IMG/VR virus record: IMGVR_UViG_3300037486_000467
Span: 19,641 to 83,640 of that record
DNA from: a virus
Strand: one strand, 5' to 3'
Length of the DNA stretch: 64,000 nucleotides
Notes under the pieces: generated by a model
The model's input: only the letters and a program-made list of their open reading frames with translations
Told to the model about the DNA's origin: nothing
The model's database searches: none
Position numbers and translations under genes: made by a program
Part shown: positions 9,906-19,387 of the stretch, in pieces
Numbering within the stretch: the first letter of the stretch is position 1
How the letters are laid out: each line of letters opens with the position of its first letter

Positions 9906-10616
9906 TTCTATATTATTAATACACTTTTTAGCATCTATAAAATCTATAATTTGTGAATTTTCGCAGTCTCGTTTGAATTTGCGAGTAGTTATTTCTACAT
10001 TTATATGTTCTAAATCTTTATAATCGAATTGAGGAAATGGATGTAAATGAGTGTTATATACAGGACCACAATATGCTCGTCCTTTATTAATGTTAAAGTT
10101 AAACCGTCTGCCATCCTTTATATAAACAATAAAACCTATATTTAACTTCTCTAATTCTTTATAGGTTGTATCAGCGGGTATTTTATTATATTCTATTAAT
10201 AAATTTAACGCTTTTTCTTTATGCATTGTGTGTCCAGACTCTTGTCTATTTTTACATATTCTAACTGATTTTTCTTTAAATCTTTGTAAAGAATTTGTTG
10301 TGGCTTCTCTAAATTGTTCAATAGCTTTTTCTGGATTTTTATCAAATAGAAACCATTCATTATATCTTACTGAATTTTTTTGTCTAGGTATTCTCATACT
10401 AGCTAAAGAATCAAAAATCTGATGATCTGTCATTTTATCAGAAATTTCAACTGTACAGCTATATTCTCCTATTTCCCAAGTTCCTCTAGATAAAGTAGCT
10501 AAATTTTTTTTTAAATTTTCAGTGTTTCCTACTTTATACATACCTATTCTTGCATCTGAAGGCGTGGTATAAAGATAAGCAAATCTCTGTTTTTCTGTTT
10601 TGTTATCTGTTTCCAT
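9897..10616 (-). CDS. T5orf172/GIY-YIG-like nuclease domain protein, possible free-standing homing endonuclease
   Basis: FAYLY...MYKVGNT...NEWF motif; antisense insertion between gp2 and portal. Confidence 0.6.
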   Translation of the reverse strand: METDNKTEKQRFAYLYTTPSDARIGMYKVGNTENLKKNLATLSRGTWEIGEYSCTVEISDKMTDHQIFDSLASMRIPRQKNSVRYNEWFLFDKNPEKAIEQFREATTNSLQRFKEKSVRICKNRQESGHTMHKEKALNLLIEYNKIPADTTYKELEKLNIGFIVYIKDGRRFNFNINKGRAYCGPVYNTHLHPFPQFDYKDLEHINVEITTRKFKRDCENSQIIDFIDAKKCINNIELF

Positions 10617-10726
10617 TGAAATATTTTTTAGTTATATTTTATAATTTCCCAAACAAATATTGTTTTAACGTAAAAACAATATTAACAGAAATTTAACAGA
10701 AATGGTATAAAAGACCGATATATAAT

Positions 10727-10754
10727 AAAACTATTTAGAACTTTAAATATATAA
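10727..10754 (+). promoter_or_regulatory. Putative promoter AAAACT-N16-ATATAA upstream of portal
   Basis: Exact motif and spacing. Confidence 0.55.
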
Positions 10755-10776
10755 AATAAATAAAAGTTAATAAAAA

Positions 10777-12570
10777 ATGGCCGGCTTCGGACTAAGAAAC
10801 CTCGATAAAAGATCAGCATCTTTTTTAGATAATATACAACGTAACATACGTTATCTCAGCATCCTTGGGATGAAATGGGATGAAAAAGTAATAAAACAAT
10901 CTCGTGCCATAGGTATTAGTGAAATGACTGAAGACTCTATGTATAGTCTTTATGGTCAACATCAACTATATTCAGGCGCAGATATTAATCAAAAAGAATT
11001 TATTGCATTCTTTGATAAAGAATATCCTACAAGAAGAGATTTCTTGAGAAGATTTGCAATGAATGGAGAAATTGAACATGTTATAGAAGTTATAGCAGAT
11101 GAAACTATCATTCAAGATGATGCTAATTTCTTTGCTTATCCCAATACTAAGAAATTAAAATCTGTTCTTAAAGCTGAAAAAGCAAAAGAAATTGTAGATG
11201 ATCTTAATGAATCATTCAAAAAGGTTTATTATGCCTTTGGCTTTAATAGTGGCCATGATGGATGGCATTATGCTAAAAAATTCTTAATTGATGGTTTCCT
11301 TTCTTTTGAAATTATTTATGACGGTGAAGGTTCAGATCCAGCTAAACATATATTAGGATTTAAAGAACTTGATCCAGTTACTCTTGAGCCTGAAATGAGA
11401 AAAGACGAAGAAGGAAATGAGTATAGAATGTGGATACAATTTAGGGGAGATTCAGAAAAACAAAGAGAATTAGTTGACGGAAATATAATTTATATCTCTT
11501 GGGCAAGAGGAAATTTTATATCTCGTCTATCATATGTTGAAAGACTTGTTAGAGCATTCAACATGCTTAGAACAATGGAGAATTCACGTATTATTTGGAA
11601 TGTTATGAATTCTCAACAACGTATGAAAATAGTTGTTCCTATTGGAACTCAATCAGAGGTTAAAGCAAGAACTCGTCTTTCAGAACTTCGAGCTATGTAT
11701 AAAGAAGATGTTACAATTGATTATCAAAGTGGAGAAGTTACAATAAATGGTACGCCAAATTTCTCTTTCGCTAAACAGTATATTTTTCCTGTAAAAGATG
11801 GCCAACAAGTTGATGTAAATTCATTTGCTCCAGCAGGTTGGGATTTGTCAGGAACAATGGCTCTCGATTATTTTTGGAAAAGATTTATTATTGAAACAAA
11901 AGTTCCTAAAGATAGATTTACAACAACAGGAGAAGAAGGCGGTCAGGGCAGCAATTGGTCTAGTGGTGGTGAAGGTATTGCTAGAGAAGAAATTAGGTTT
12001 GCTTATTTTATTAATCGTATTCGTTCTATTCTTCAAGAAATATTGTTAAAGCCTACATGGATACAATTTTGTTTAAAACATCCTGAATTTGCACAAGATA
12101 AAGCATTACGAGGCGCTATAGGTCTTGAATTTGTTGAAGAAAACTTATTTACAGAAGCCAAAAAACGTGATATAGCAGAAAAGGGTGCTGCAATAGTTAC
12201 TACACTTATGGGCATAAATCAACCCGAAGTTGATAATGAAGGTGTAGTAAATAATGACGGAATGTACTTTGATCCTAAATTCTTAGTTGAAAAGTATATG
12301 GATTATACTGATGAAGATCTTAAACTTAATGAAAAATATAAGAGAGAAAGAAGAGAACAATTAACTCGTATTGCAGATAGCATCAAGCGTATCAATGCAA
12401 TTAAAGGCACAGGAGAAGAAGGAGAAGCTGGCGCAGGTGGTGACATGACTGGCTTAGGAGGAATGGAAATGGGCGGTGGCGAAATAGCCGGAGGAGCTCC
12501 AACAGAACCTGGCGCAGAAGGCGAAACCGGTGAAGAAGAAGCGGGCGGCACAACTGAATTAGGAGTTTAA
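10777..12570 (+). CDS. gp20: Portal protein, T4 gp20-like
   Basis: EIEHVIEVIADE, FLIDG, ELDP, SYVERL.R.FN.LR.ME.S.IIW, KVP.DRF, I.REEIRF motifs. Confidence 0.93.
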   Translation: MAGFGLRNLDKRSASFLDNIQRNIRYLSILGMKWDEKVIKQSRAIGISEMTEDSMYSLYGQHQLYSGADINQKEFIAFFDKEYPTRRDFLRRFAMNGEIEHVIEVIADETIIQDDANFFAYPNTKKLKSVLKAEKAKEIVDDLNESFKKVYYAFGFNSGHDGWHYAKKFLIDGFLSFEIIYDGEGSDPAKHILGFKELDPVTLEPEMRKDEEGNEYRMWIQFRGDSEKQRELVDGNIIYISWARGNFISRLSYVERLVRAFNMLRTMENSRIIWNVMNSQQRMKIVVPIGTQSEVKARTRLSELRAMYKEDVTIDYQSGEVTINGTPNFSFAKQYIFPVKDGQQVDVNSFAPAGWDLSGTMALDYFWKRFIIETKVPKDRFTTTGEEGGQGSNWSSGGEGIAREEIRFAYFINRIRSILQEILLKPTWIQFCLKHPEFAQDKALRGAIGLEFVEENLFTEAKKRDIAEKGAAIVTTLMGINQPEVDNEGVVNNDGMYFDPKFLVEKYMDYTDEDLKLNEKYKRERREQLTRIADSIKRINAIKGTGEEGEAGAGGDMTGLGGMEMGGGEIAGGAPTEPGAEGETGEEEAGGTTELGV

Positions 12571-12613
12571 TTTAAATAAATTAATAAATAATATAACTTA
12601 AAAAATTAAAATT

Positions 12614-12973
12614 ATGAACACAACTTTGATTTCTATTATTGGCAGCCTCGTTGTAATTTGCATTGTAGTATGGATAATTGCATACAGAAATAAGAAAAAA
12701 AGAAGAGAAGAATCAGAACGCGAAGATGCCGCACGTCTTGAAAATAGACTTAATGAAATAATTAAACAGGAACGTGAAGAGCAAGAATTTGCTGAAAGAG
12801 AACGTAAAGAACAAAAGCGTATTGAAGAAGAACATCGTGCAAAGCTTGAGCAAGAACTTAAAGAAAGCGCTGAAGCAGAAAGTAAAAAGGCTACTGAAGT
12901 TAAATTAGCTCCAGTAAAAAAAGCAAAGAGTGGGAAAAAGCCAGTAAAGAAAACTGTTAAAAAAAACAATTAA
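12614..12973 (+). CDS. Membrane-anchored charged coiled-coil protein
   Basis: N-terminal TM helix, E/R/K-rich helix, K-rich tail. Confidence 0.6.
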   Translation: MNTTLISIIGSLVVICIVVWIIAYRNKKKRREESEREDAARLENRLNEIIKQEREEQEFAERERKEQKRIEEEHRAKLEQELKESAEAESKKATEVKLAPVKKAKSGKKPVKKTVKKNN

Positions 12974-12989
12974 AAATAAATAAATAATT

Positions 12990-13247
12990 ATGAAAGAATT
13001 TTTTAAAAAACTTTGGGAAAAAGTAAAAGCATGGGCAACTCTAACTGCTTGGCCTTGGCTTAAGAAGAGTTGGATGCAAATAGTGAATATTGTTGTAGTT
13101 GCAATTGCATGGGATAAATTAAGTGATCTGGGAACAGCTCCAGGTGTAGAAACTATAACAGGATTATGGTTATTTCTCCTTCTTGCTTATTATATTTTCT
13201 GGAAACTTTTAGGAGCAGAAAAATTATTCAAAAAGAAGGAAGTTTAA
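12990..13247 (+). CDS. Small membrane protein, holin-like topology
   Basis: 85 aa; amphipathic N-terminal helix, two hydrophobic segments, basic C-terminus. Confidence 0.5.
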   Translation: MKEFFKKLWEKVKAWATLTAWPWLKKSWMQIVNIVVVAIAWDKLSDLGTAPGVETITGLWLFLLLAYYIFWKLLGAEKLFKKKEV

Positions 13248-13318
13248 CATTAGATTAACAAATATATAATATCAAATTATGTAATTTATATTATATTGTT
13301 ATATAGTTCTTTAAAATA

Positions 13319-13565
13319 TTGAGAAATGCTCTACGGAGCTAGTTATAGAGTAGGTATGCAACACCGCGGTTCGACCCCGCGCACCTCCACAAAAGTTTGT
13401 AGCGAAATCTCGGTCTCTTTTCAAAAAGCCGAACTTCAATAGGGGGTGACCTGGCTTTGACTGCATATTGAGGGTGTTAATGAACGTCTCAACACGTCAA
13501 ATAAACGACGCAAACATTTATGAAATGCAAATGGCTGCTTAAGAAGCACTCATTTACAGGAAACT
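13319..13565 (+). ncRNA. ssrA: Circularly permuted (two-piece) tmRNA
   Basis: T-arm CGCGG-TTCGACC-CCGCG (13365-13381) and acceptor 3' strand CACCTCC-A (13382-13389) lie upstream of the 5' strand GGGGGTG..TGG..TTGAC (13442-13461). Pairing gives the G3.U70 Ala determinant; P2 helix TATGCA/TGCATA; tag ORF 13507-13542 DANIYEMQMAA*. Confidence 0.92.
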
Positions 13566-13566
13566 G

Positions 13567-13595
13567 GCCGGTCGCCTAAGGTACCGGCTTTTTTT
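13567..13595 (+). terminator. Intrinsic terminator after tmRNA
   Basis: GCCGGT...ACCGGC stem followed by T7. Confidence 0.8.
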
Positions 13596-13618
13596 ATCTT
13601 TCGTTATTAGCAACGGGG

Positions 13619-13632
13619 ATATATAAATAAAA
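13619..13632 (+). promoter_or_regulatory. T4-type late promoter TATAAATA
   Basis: TATAAATA at 13622-13629, just upstream of the ORF at 13645; related ATATATAAAATAAA at about 4631, 15125, 22109 and 26630, and on the minus strand at about 41730 and 51006. Confidence 0.55.
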
Positions 13633-13644
13633 TCATACAATTAA

Positions 13645-15111
13645 ATGCAAGCCAAATTAGTGCATGAAGATTTAAATGAAAAATTTACTGATGAATCTGA
13701 TCCTATAAAAGATTTAGGAATAGGAGAAGGCACTCTTCATAATTTAAAACGGGGTGATATAATAAAAGTAAAATATAATTGTAGTATTGATAAAAATAAA
13801 AGATTGGTATTTTCATTTAAGTTGGCTACATATTTTAAACCTACAATGGATTGGATATATAAAGGCTTATATTTAATAGTAGATAAAGTAGAATATAAAG
13901 ATGATAAAGTTTTTATTATAGGTTTTAACGGTAGTAATAATTTAGTTGTAGCTAAAGATCGAAAACGTGTACTTTTTATTGAATATCCTGATTTTCAACC
14001 GCCTATTCCTAAAGGAGATTTTTGGGTTTTTGAAAAAAATATTGACAAAATGTTAGAATTTGTTAAAGATAATAAAATAAAAGAATCTTTAAATGAAAAA
14101 TTCCAAGATATCTCGGATCCCATTAAAGATATGGGAATTGGATATCCCCAATGTCTTGTAGGAACAAAAATATACATACCATTTGGTTATGAATTAAGTG
14201 TATATAATAAACTATATAAAAGATCTAACTCTGAAAATGAAAATGGAAAGATTTGGACAATTAACTCTGCTATTAGAGAAGGCGAATTTATTAAAGTTAC
14301 GTTAAATAATTTTACTGTATTTTTAACCGAAAAACAACTTAAGTTATTTTCAAAAAAATATCAAAATTTAATAAAGGAAGATTTAAATGAAAAATTTACA
14401 GAAGAATCTGATCCAATCCACGATTTAGGCATAGGGTATTTTGAAATTGTTAAAAAACCTCGTAATGTATTTTATTTCATTGAAAGAGGCCCAAATTATG
14501 TTGAAGGTGGAAAGCCAACTACATACGTGTATTCTATGGATAAAGGAAACGTTTACAGAACACACCCTAATTTATATGCTCACCAAGAATTAAGATCAAA
14601 TTCTAACGCCTTTAATAAAGGAAATACTGATAAAATGGCTATTCCAAATGATTTTAATAAAGCATATGCATTCATAATGGATCATTATATTAAGAAGAGA
14701 AAAAGAGCTAGATTAAGAGAATCTTTAAATGAAAAATTTACAGAAACATCTGATGCAATTGTAGATATGGGTATAGGATTTAATCCTCAAAAAACCAAAA
14801 CTAAATCATTTAAGATACTATTATTCATTAATTCAAGAGGAGAAGATGGCGCATCTTTATTAGAAATACAGCATTTTATTTATGTAGAATTAAACGGAGG
14901 TTCTGAACAACAATTTTGGGAAACTAAAGAAGACAGGTATTGGCCCGGTAAGAAACGAATAACTCGAGGATATTGGTGTACAAATTTATTAGGATCACAT
15001 AGATGGCCGGGATTACTTCATAAATATTGCAAAAAGAATGAAAAGGGTAAATGGGTTATTAAAAGGTGGCCTAAGTTTGAAGAAAATCTTTATGATTTCG
15101 ACAAAAAATAA
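13645..15111 (+). CDS. Tagged four-module protein (putative polyprotein)
   Basis: Four copies of E(D/S)LNEKF..(S)D(P/A)I.D(M/L)GIG, each followed by a different 70-120-aa payload. Confidence 0.75.
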   Translation: MQAKLVHEDLNEKFTDESDPIKDLGIGEGTLHNLKRGDIIKVKYNCSIDKNKRLVFSFKLATYFKPTMDWIYKGLYLIVDKVEYKDDKVFIIGFNGSNNLVVAKDRKRVLFIEYPDFQPPIPKGDFWVFEKNIDKMLEFVKDNKIKESLNEKFQDISDPIKDMGIGYPQCLVGTKIYIPFGYELSVYNKLYKRSNSENENGKIWTINSAIREGEFIKVTLNNFTVFLTEKQLKLFSKKYQNLIKEDLNEKFTEESDPIHDLGIGYFEIVKKPRNVFYFIERGPNYVEGGKPTTYVYSMDKGNVYRTHPNLYAHQELRSNSNAFNKGNTDKMAIPNDFNKAYAFIMDHYIKKRKRARLRESLNEKFTETSDAIVDMGIGFNPQKTKTKSFKILLFINSRGEDGASLLEIQHFIYVELNGGSEQQFWETKEDRYWPGKKRITRGYWCTNLLGSHRWPGLLHKYCKKNEKGKWVIKRWPKFEENLYDFDKK

Positions 15112-15146
15112 ATAAATATATAGAATATATAAAATAAAGTATAATT

Positions 15147-15722
15147 ATGAAAGCAGGACAATTTAACATCAATGATTACTTAGAAAAACTCTACGAAGCA
15201 TCAGGAGATGGACAACTTCCAGATCCAGAAGGTATGATAATTCCTGAAGAAAATCAAAAAGCATATCAATGGTTGAAGAAAGAATATCAAAAAGCGCAAA
15301 CTGAGGTTAAAGTTGAAATTAATATGGGTGGTGCTAAATTTGAACCTGGATATGATCTTCAAACAGATCTTGATTCAGTTAAAGATTTCAAACCAGGCAT
15401 GTTTGGAGAAGTAAAAACAGCTGATAACGAAGGCGAACCCAAAAAACCTGCAAATCTTGATACTAAAAAAGAAGTTCCAAACTTTGCGAAAGGCGAAGGA
15501 GAAAAAAAGGAAGAAAAAACTGGTGAAAAACCAAATTTTTCGAAAACCAAAGCAGCTTCAGGTGATATAAAAGATAAAGAACACGAAGCCGGAGAATCTA
15601 AAGAAAAAGAAGAAAAGGAAGAACACGAAGCCGGAGAATCTGAAGAAAAGGAAGAAAAAGAAGAAAGCAAAAAAGGCGATACTGAAGTTAAAAAAATAGA
15701 TCTTAAAACCAAAAAGAAATGA
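15147..15722 (+). CDS. Hypothetical protein with E/K-rich tail
   Basis: 191-aa ORF; EHEAGES repeat with 42-nt period (15579/15621). Confidence 0.6.
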   Translation: MKAGQFNINDYLEKLYEASGDGQLPDPEGMIIPEENQKAYQWLKKEYQKAQTEVKVEINMGGAKFEPGYDLQTDLDSVKDFKPGMFGEVKTADNEGEPKKPANLDTKKEVPNFAKGEGEKKEEKTGEKPNFSKTKAASGDIKDKEHEAGESKEKEEKEEHEAGESEEKEEKEESKKGDTEVKKIDLKTKKK

Positions 15723-16000
15723 CAATAAAAAATAATTCTTTGGGCGATATATTAAATACAGCTAAAAATAAACAAACTACTCCCGAAGAAGAAAAAAATG
15801 AACCAGAAAAAGGAGATCCAACTTTAGATTTCCTTAATTCTATTATAGTTCTTGCAGTATTTTTAATAAAATCTTTTGTATTTGGATATGCTTTAAAAAT
15901 ACTTCTTCATAACGATTGGAAATTTTTTGGCATAATATGCATGGGCCTTGCCATTAATTTTTTATTCCAATATTTTTACGGCATAATTCATAAAAATTAA
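15719..16000 (+). CDS. Small membrane protein
   Basis: Two hydrophobic helices; ATGA coupling. Confidence 0.55.
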   Translation: MTIKNNSLGDILNTAKNKQTTPEEEKNEPEKGDPTLDFLNSIIVLAVFLIKSFVFGYALKILLHNDWKFFGIICMGLAINFLFQYFYGIIHKN

Positions 16001-16046
16001 AACAAATTTCATACTATATAATAAAAACATATTAAAAACTAAAAAT

Positions 16047-16721
16047 ATGGGAAAATTAATATGCCTCTCGGGCTTAGACGCAAGTGGTAAAAGCACTCAA
16101 ATAGATCTAATAAAAAAATATTTTGAAGAAAATAATATAAAATATACATATCTACATTTTCCTATATACGAAGATAATGAAGCTGGCAAAATAATTTCAT
16201 CTTATCTTCGTGGAGAATACGGAGATATTAACGAAGTAGATCCTATTTTTGTTGCAAATATATATGCAATGAATAGATATTTATATCTTCCAGAATTAAA
16301 TAAACAACTTTTAGATAATGATGTAGTTTTATTAGATCGTTATGTATTTTGTAATATGGCTTATCAGGGCGCAAAATATGATACAGACGCGCAATCTCAA
16401 ATAATGAGAGACTGGATAAATGAATTTGAATTTGGATTTCTAGAACTTCCATATCCAGATTTAAATATATTTATTGATACACCATTAGATTTAATAGAAA
16501 GTAGACTTTCAGATAAAAGAGAAGGAAAAGATAGAAGATATTTAAATGGAAGATCTGATATTCACGAAATGAACATAGAATTTCAAAAGAAAGTAAGAGA
16601 AAATTATTTGTGGTTAAATACTTATGAAAATTATTTAATTGTTTCTCCTGAAAAATTAACGCCAGAAGAAATATTTAAAAAATATGAAAAAGATTTATTT
16701 AGAGCATTGTTAATAAAATAA
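16047..16721 (+). CDS. tmk: Thymidylate kinase
   Basis: GLDASGKSTQ P-loop, LLDRY, AYQGA, LP.PDL, DIHE motifs. Confidence 0.92.
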   Translation: MGKLICLSGLDASGKSTQIDLIKKYFEENNIKYTYLHFPIYEDNEAGKIISSYLRGEYGDINEVDPIFVANIYAMNRYLYLPELNKQLLDNDVVLLDRYVFCNMAYQGAKYDTDAQSQIMRDWINEFEFGFLELPYPDLNIFIDTPLDLIESRLSDKREGKDRRYLNGRSDIHEMNIEFQKKVRENYLWLNTYENYLIVSPEKLTPEEIFKKYEKDLFRALLIK

Positions 16722-16724
16722 TTT

Positions 16725-17015
16725 ATGATAAATAGCGGCGGTTTTCAATATAATAAAAAAACAAAATTAGTTAGAAAAGTATATACTGACAATATTAATA
16801 CATATCCTAGTCATAAAATATTGTATACACTAACAAAATCTCATTCACCTTCAACCATTGTATTTTTAGAAGATAGAGAAGATCCGTGGCTTATTCTTGT
16901 TAAAACATATAGAACAAAAACGGGAGTAATTACTAATTCGAGCATAATTATTAAACCAGATATTGAAACACACTTATCTTATGCACAATCAAACGGGTTT
17001 CAATTAAAAAAATAA
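16725..17015 (+). CDS. Hypothetical protein
   Basis: 96-aa ORF in operon. Confidence 0.5.
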   Translation: MINSGGFQYNKKTKLVRKVYTDNINTYPSHKILYTLTKSHSPSTIVFLEDREDPWLILVKTYRTKTGVITNSSIIIKPDIETHLSYAQSNGFQLKK

Positions 17016-17075
17016 CAGCAATTTAATTTTATTAAAAATAATTAACACCAAACCGTATTATATTGGATATATACA

Positions 17076-17103
17076 AAAACTTTTTTAAAAATTATATATA
17101 TAA
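17076..17103 (+). promoter_or_regulatory. Putative promoter AAAACT-N16-ATATAA upstream of the ECF sigma operon
   Basis: Exact motif and spacing. Confidence 0.6.
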
Positions 17104-17143
17104 AATTAAATAAAATAAAAACTTAAACTAAAATAAAAAAATT

Positions 17144-17434
17144 ATGGCAGATCAAATTCCAAACGTAGCAAAAGTAGATGCAACACAGAAAGTTGAAACA
17201 AACGCTTATGTGCCAACTTATAAAATTAAACCAGACTTTAAGAAAGCTCTTCTTCAATCAATTGGAGATAGACCATTTAATGAAATAGCAGGTCTTATTC
17301 AAGCAATTGATGTTGAAGTGATGGATCATCAAACTCTTACACAAATTGTAAATGCTATTGGGCAATTTCCATTCGTAAGAGTAGAGCAACTTATGAAAAA
17401 TATTTCAAATCTTGTTGAACAGGTAATTGAATAA
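17144..17434 (+). CDS. Hypothetical protein with internal helical duplication
   Basis: IGDRPFNEIAGLI / IGQFPFVRVEQLM repeat. Confidence 0.6.
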   Translation: MADQIPNVAKVDATQKVETNAYVPTYKIKPDFKKALLQSIGDRPFNEIAGLIQAIDVEVMDHQTLTQIVNAIGQFPFVRVEQLMKNISNLVEQVIE

Positions 17435-17465
17435 TCATTTCATTTTTCTTAAACTAATTAATTTT

Positions 17466-18092
17466 ATGAGAAAAAAAAGACACAGTATTCAAAATATAGC
17501 ATTAGATTTTATAGAAAATAAAAACAATAAAACGTTTAGCGTTTTAATGAAACGTTTAAAACCAGGACTTTTATCATTTGCATATAAATACGTTAAAGAT
17601 AAAGATTTGGCAAATGAAGTTGCTTCTCAAACATTTATTATCCTTTGGGAAAAAATAGATCAATATAACAATAAATTTAATTTTTCAACATGGGTATATG
17701 CAATAGCAAAAAATGAAGCATTAGGAATAATTAGAAATGGAAACAAAAATTTATCATTTGATAAATTTTCAAATAATCATTCTAAGCTGCTTCAAATATA
17801 TAATCCGGTATTTAATATGAATATTGAAACTATCGCGCCTATAGGAGAAGAATTAACGCAACAATTATATGACGCATCTATTTTAGCAATAAATGAATTA
17901 GAAGAGCCTTATAAAACTGTTATGGTTGAAAGAGAAGTTAATCAAAAACATTTAACTGATATTGCAGATTATTTAGGATGGAATTTATCTACAGTTAAAA
18001 CACGACTTCGTAAAGCAAGAAAAGATATTGCTGAAATATTATATAAAAAATATCCAAGCGAAGTAGATTCTTATTTTGGAAATGAAGAATAA
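17466..18092 (+). CDS. ECF-type sigma-70 factor
   Basis: Region 2 (D.ANEV.SQTFI.LWEKIDQY..FSTWVYAIAKN) and region 4 HTH (IADYLGWNLSTVKTRLRKAR); likely start ATG 17466. Confidence 0.92.
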   Translation: MRKKRHSIQNIALDFIENKNNKTFSVLMKRLKPGLLSFAYKYVKDKDLANEVASQTFIILWEKIDQYNNKFNFSTWVYAIAKNEALGIIRNGNKNLSFDKFSNNHSKLLQIYNPVFNMNIETIAPIGEELTQQLYDASILAINELEEPYKTVMVEREVNQKHLTDIADYLGWNLSTVKTRLRKARKDIAEILYKKYPSEVDSYFGNEE

Positions 18093-18094
18093 AG

Positions 18095-18577
18095 ATGAAA
18101 GCAAATGAATGGTTTAAACCTCGAAATTGGGGATGGATTAAAGTTTATCGAGATTTTGAAAATTTTAATGATTGGAAAAAAATTATTAAAAGAGAAGAAA
18201 AAAATGTAGATTCTAAGTTCAATAAATGGAATTTACAACATACAAAATTATACGATATTTTCGTTACAATCTCTTTAGATGAAGAAGATGCGCAATTGCC
18301 AGAAATCATTAAGCGTACAAAAGTATTAGAATCTTTAAATCCTATTAATCGCTATTTAGATGAGGAACTTGGTTTTGCTGAATGCCTTAGTTGTGAGTTC
18401 AATCAATTTGAAGATGATAAAGGTATACCCACATTATCTTATTTAATTGTTTATAGATTCATTTTTAATAAGTTTTCTATAATATGGTTATTAAAATTTA
18501 TTACAATAACGGGAGCATTAACCTATCTTGCTATAAGGCTTGATGATATAATCAAATGGATTTTCAATTCGATATAA
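18095..18577 (+). CDS. Hypothetical protein with C-terminal TM helix
   Basis: 160-aa ORF. Confidence 0.55.
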   Translation: MKANEWFKPRNWGWIKVYRDFENFNDWKKIIKREEKNVDSKFNKWNLQHTKLYDIFVTISLDEEDAQLPEIIKRTKVLESLNPINRYLDEELGFAECLSCEFNQFEDDKGIPTLSYLIVYRFIFNKFSIIWLLKFITITGALTYLAIRLDDIIKWIFNSI

Positions 18578-19332
18578 ATAATATAAAATGGATAAAGGGT
18601 TCTCGTGGTTTGCCGGAATGTGTGTATAAGATAAAAATTCCAAGTGTATCTACGATTTTAAGTGAAATGATTCCCGATCCTGAATATGATGAATTTGTTG
18701 CAGCAGTAGGAAAAGAAAGAGCAGATAAAATAATGACTTCTGCTGGTAATAGGGGTTCATCTATGCATACTTTTATAGAAACGTTTATAGCTAAATACTC
18801 ATCTAGTAAAGATGTTTCAGAAGCATTGAAATACACTCAAGAAGAAAGTCCTAAATTATTAGAAATAGAAAATATACCAAAAGATAAAATTGAAGAAGGC
18901 AGAAGTCTTTTTTATAAATTTTATTATTCAGATTATTCTAATAGATATTTAGATACTCTAGCTATAGAATTAGGAGTATATTCTCCCTCTTTATTTTATC
19001 GAGGTAAATTAGATATTTTATATAAAGATAAACTATTTGGACTTTCATTAACTGATTTTAAATCTTCTAATGGTAAAATTAAAAATGGAAGTACTAAAGA
19101 ATTAAAATATCGATATCAATTAGGAGGATATGCAAACTGTATTGATGAAATGTATAAAGAGCAAAATGTTATTATTAATAGAGCTTCAATATTATGCGTA
19201 GATAAAAATAATGATATTTTGCAAGAAATAGAGTGTGTTGGAAAAGAATTACAAGAATACAAAGAAAAGTTTAAAGTGTTAGTAATTGAGTATCATAAAA
19301 AAAATAATACAGAATATTTATTAAGTAATTGA
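18556..19332 (+). CDS. PD-(D/E)xK exonuclease (phage exonuclease family)
   Basis: PSVSTIL, RGSSMH, E..GKLD, DFKSS and YQL..YA motifs. Confidence 0.85.
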   Translation: MDFQFDINNIKWIKGSRGLPECVYKIKIPSVSTILSEMIPDPEYDEFVAAVGKERADKIMTSAGNRGSSMHTFIETFIAKYSSSKDVSEALKYTQEESPKLLEIENIPKDKIEEGRSLFYKFYYSDYSNRYLDTLAIELGVYSPSLFYRGKLDILYKDKLFGLSLTDFKSSNGKIKNGSTKELKYRYQLGGYANCIDEMYKEQNVIINRASILCVDKNNDILQEIECVGKELQEYKEKFKVLVIEYHKKNNTEYLLSN

Positions 19333-19387
19333 TTTTTTAAAACTATTTTTTGTAAATGCCATAAAATATAAAATAATACATAAAAAT

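Noticed and set aside
12990-13247. Firm holin assignment and a lysis cassette
   Set aside because: Only topology supports it; no adjacent endolysin, so it is left as a holin-like membrane protein.
13361-13393. Stand-alone tRNA or attP-like tRNA fragment
   Set aside because: No anticodon arm upstream; it pairs with the downstream GGGGGTG and is explained as the acceptor piece of a permuted tmRNA.
18556-19332. Cas4 of a CRISPR system
   Set aside because: Lacks the four-Cys Fe-S motif and any array or other cas genes; fits a generic phage PD-(D/E)xK exonuclease.
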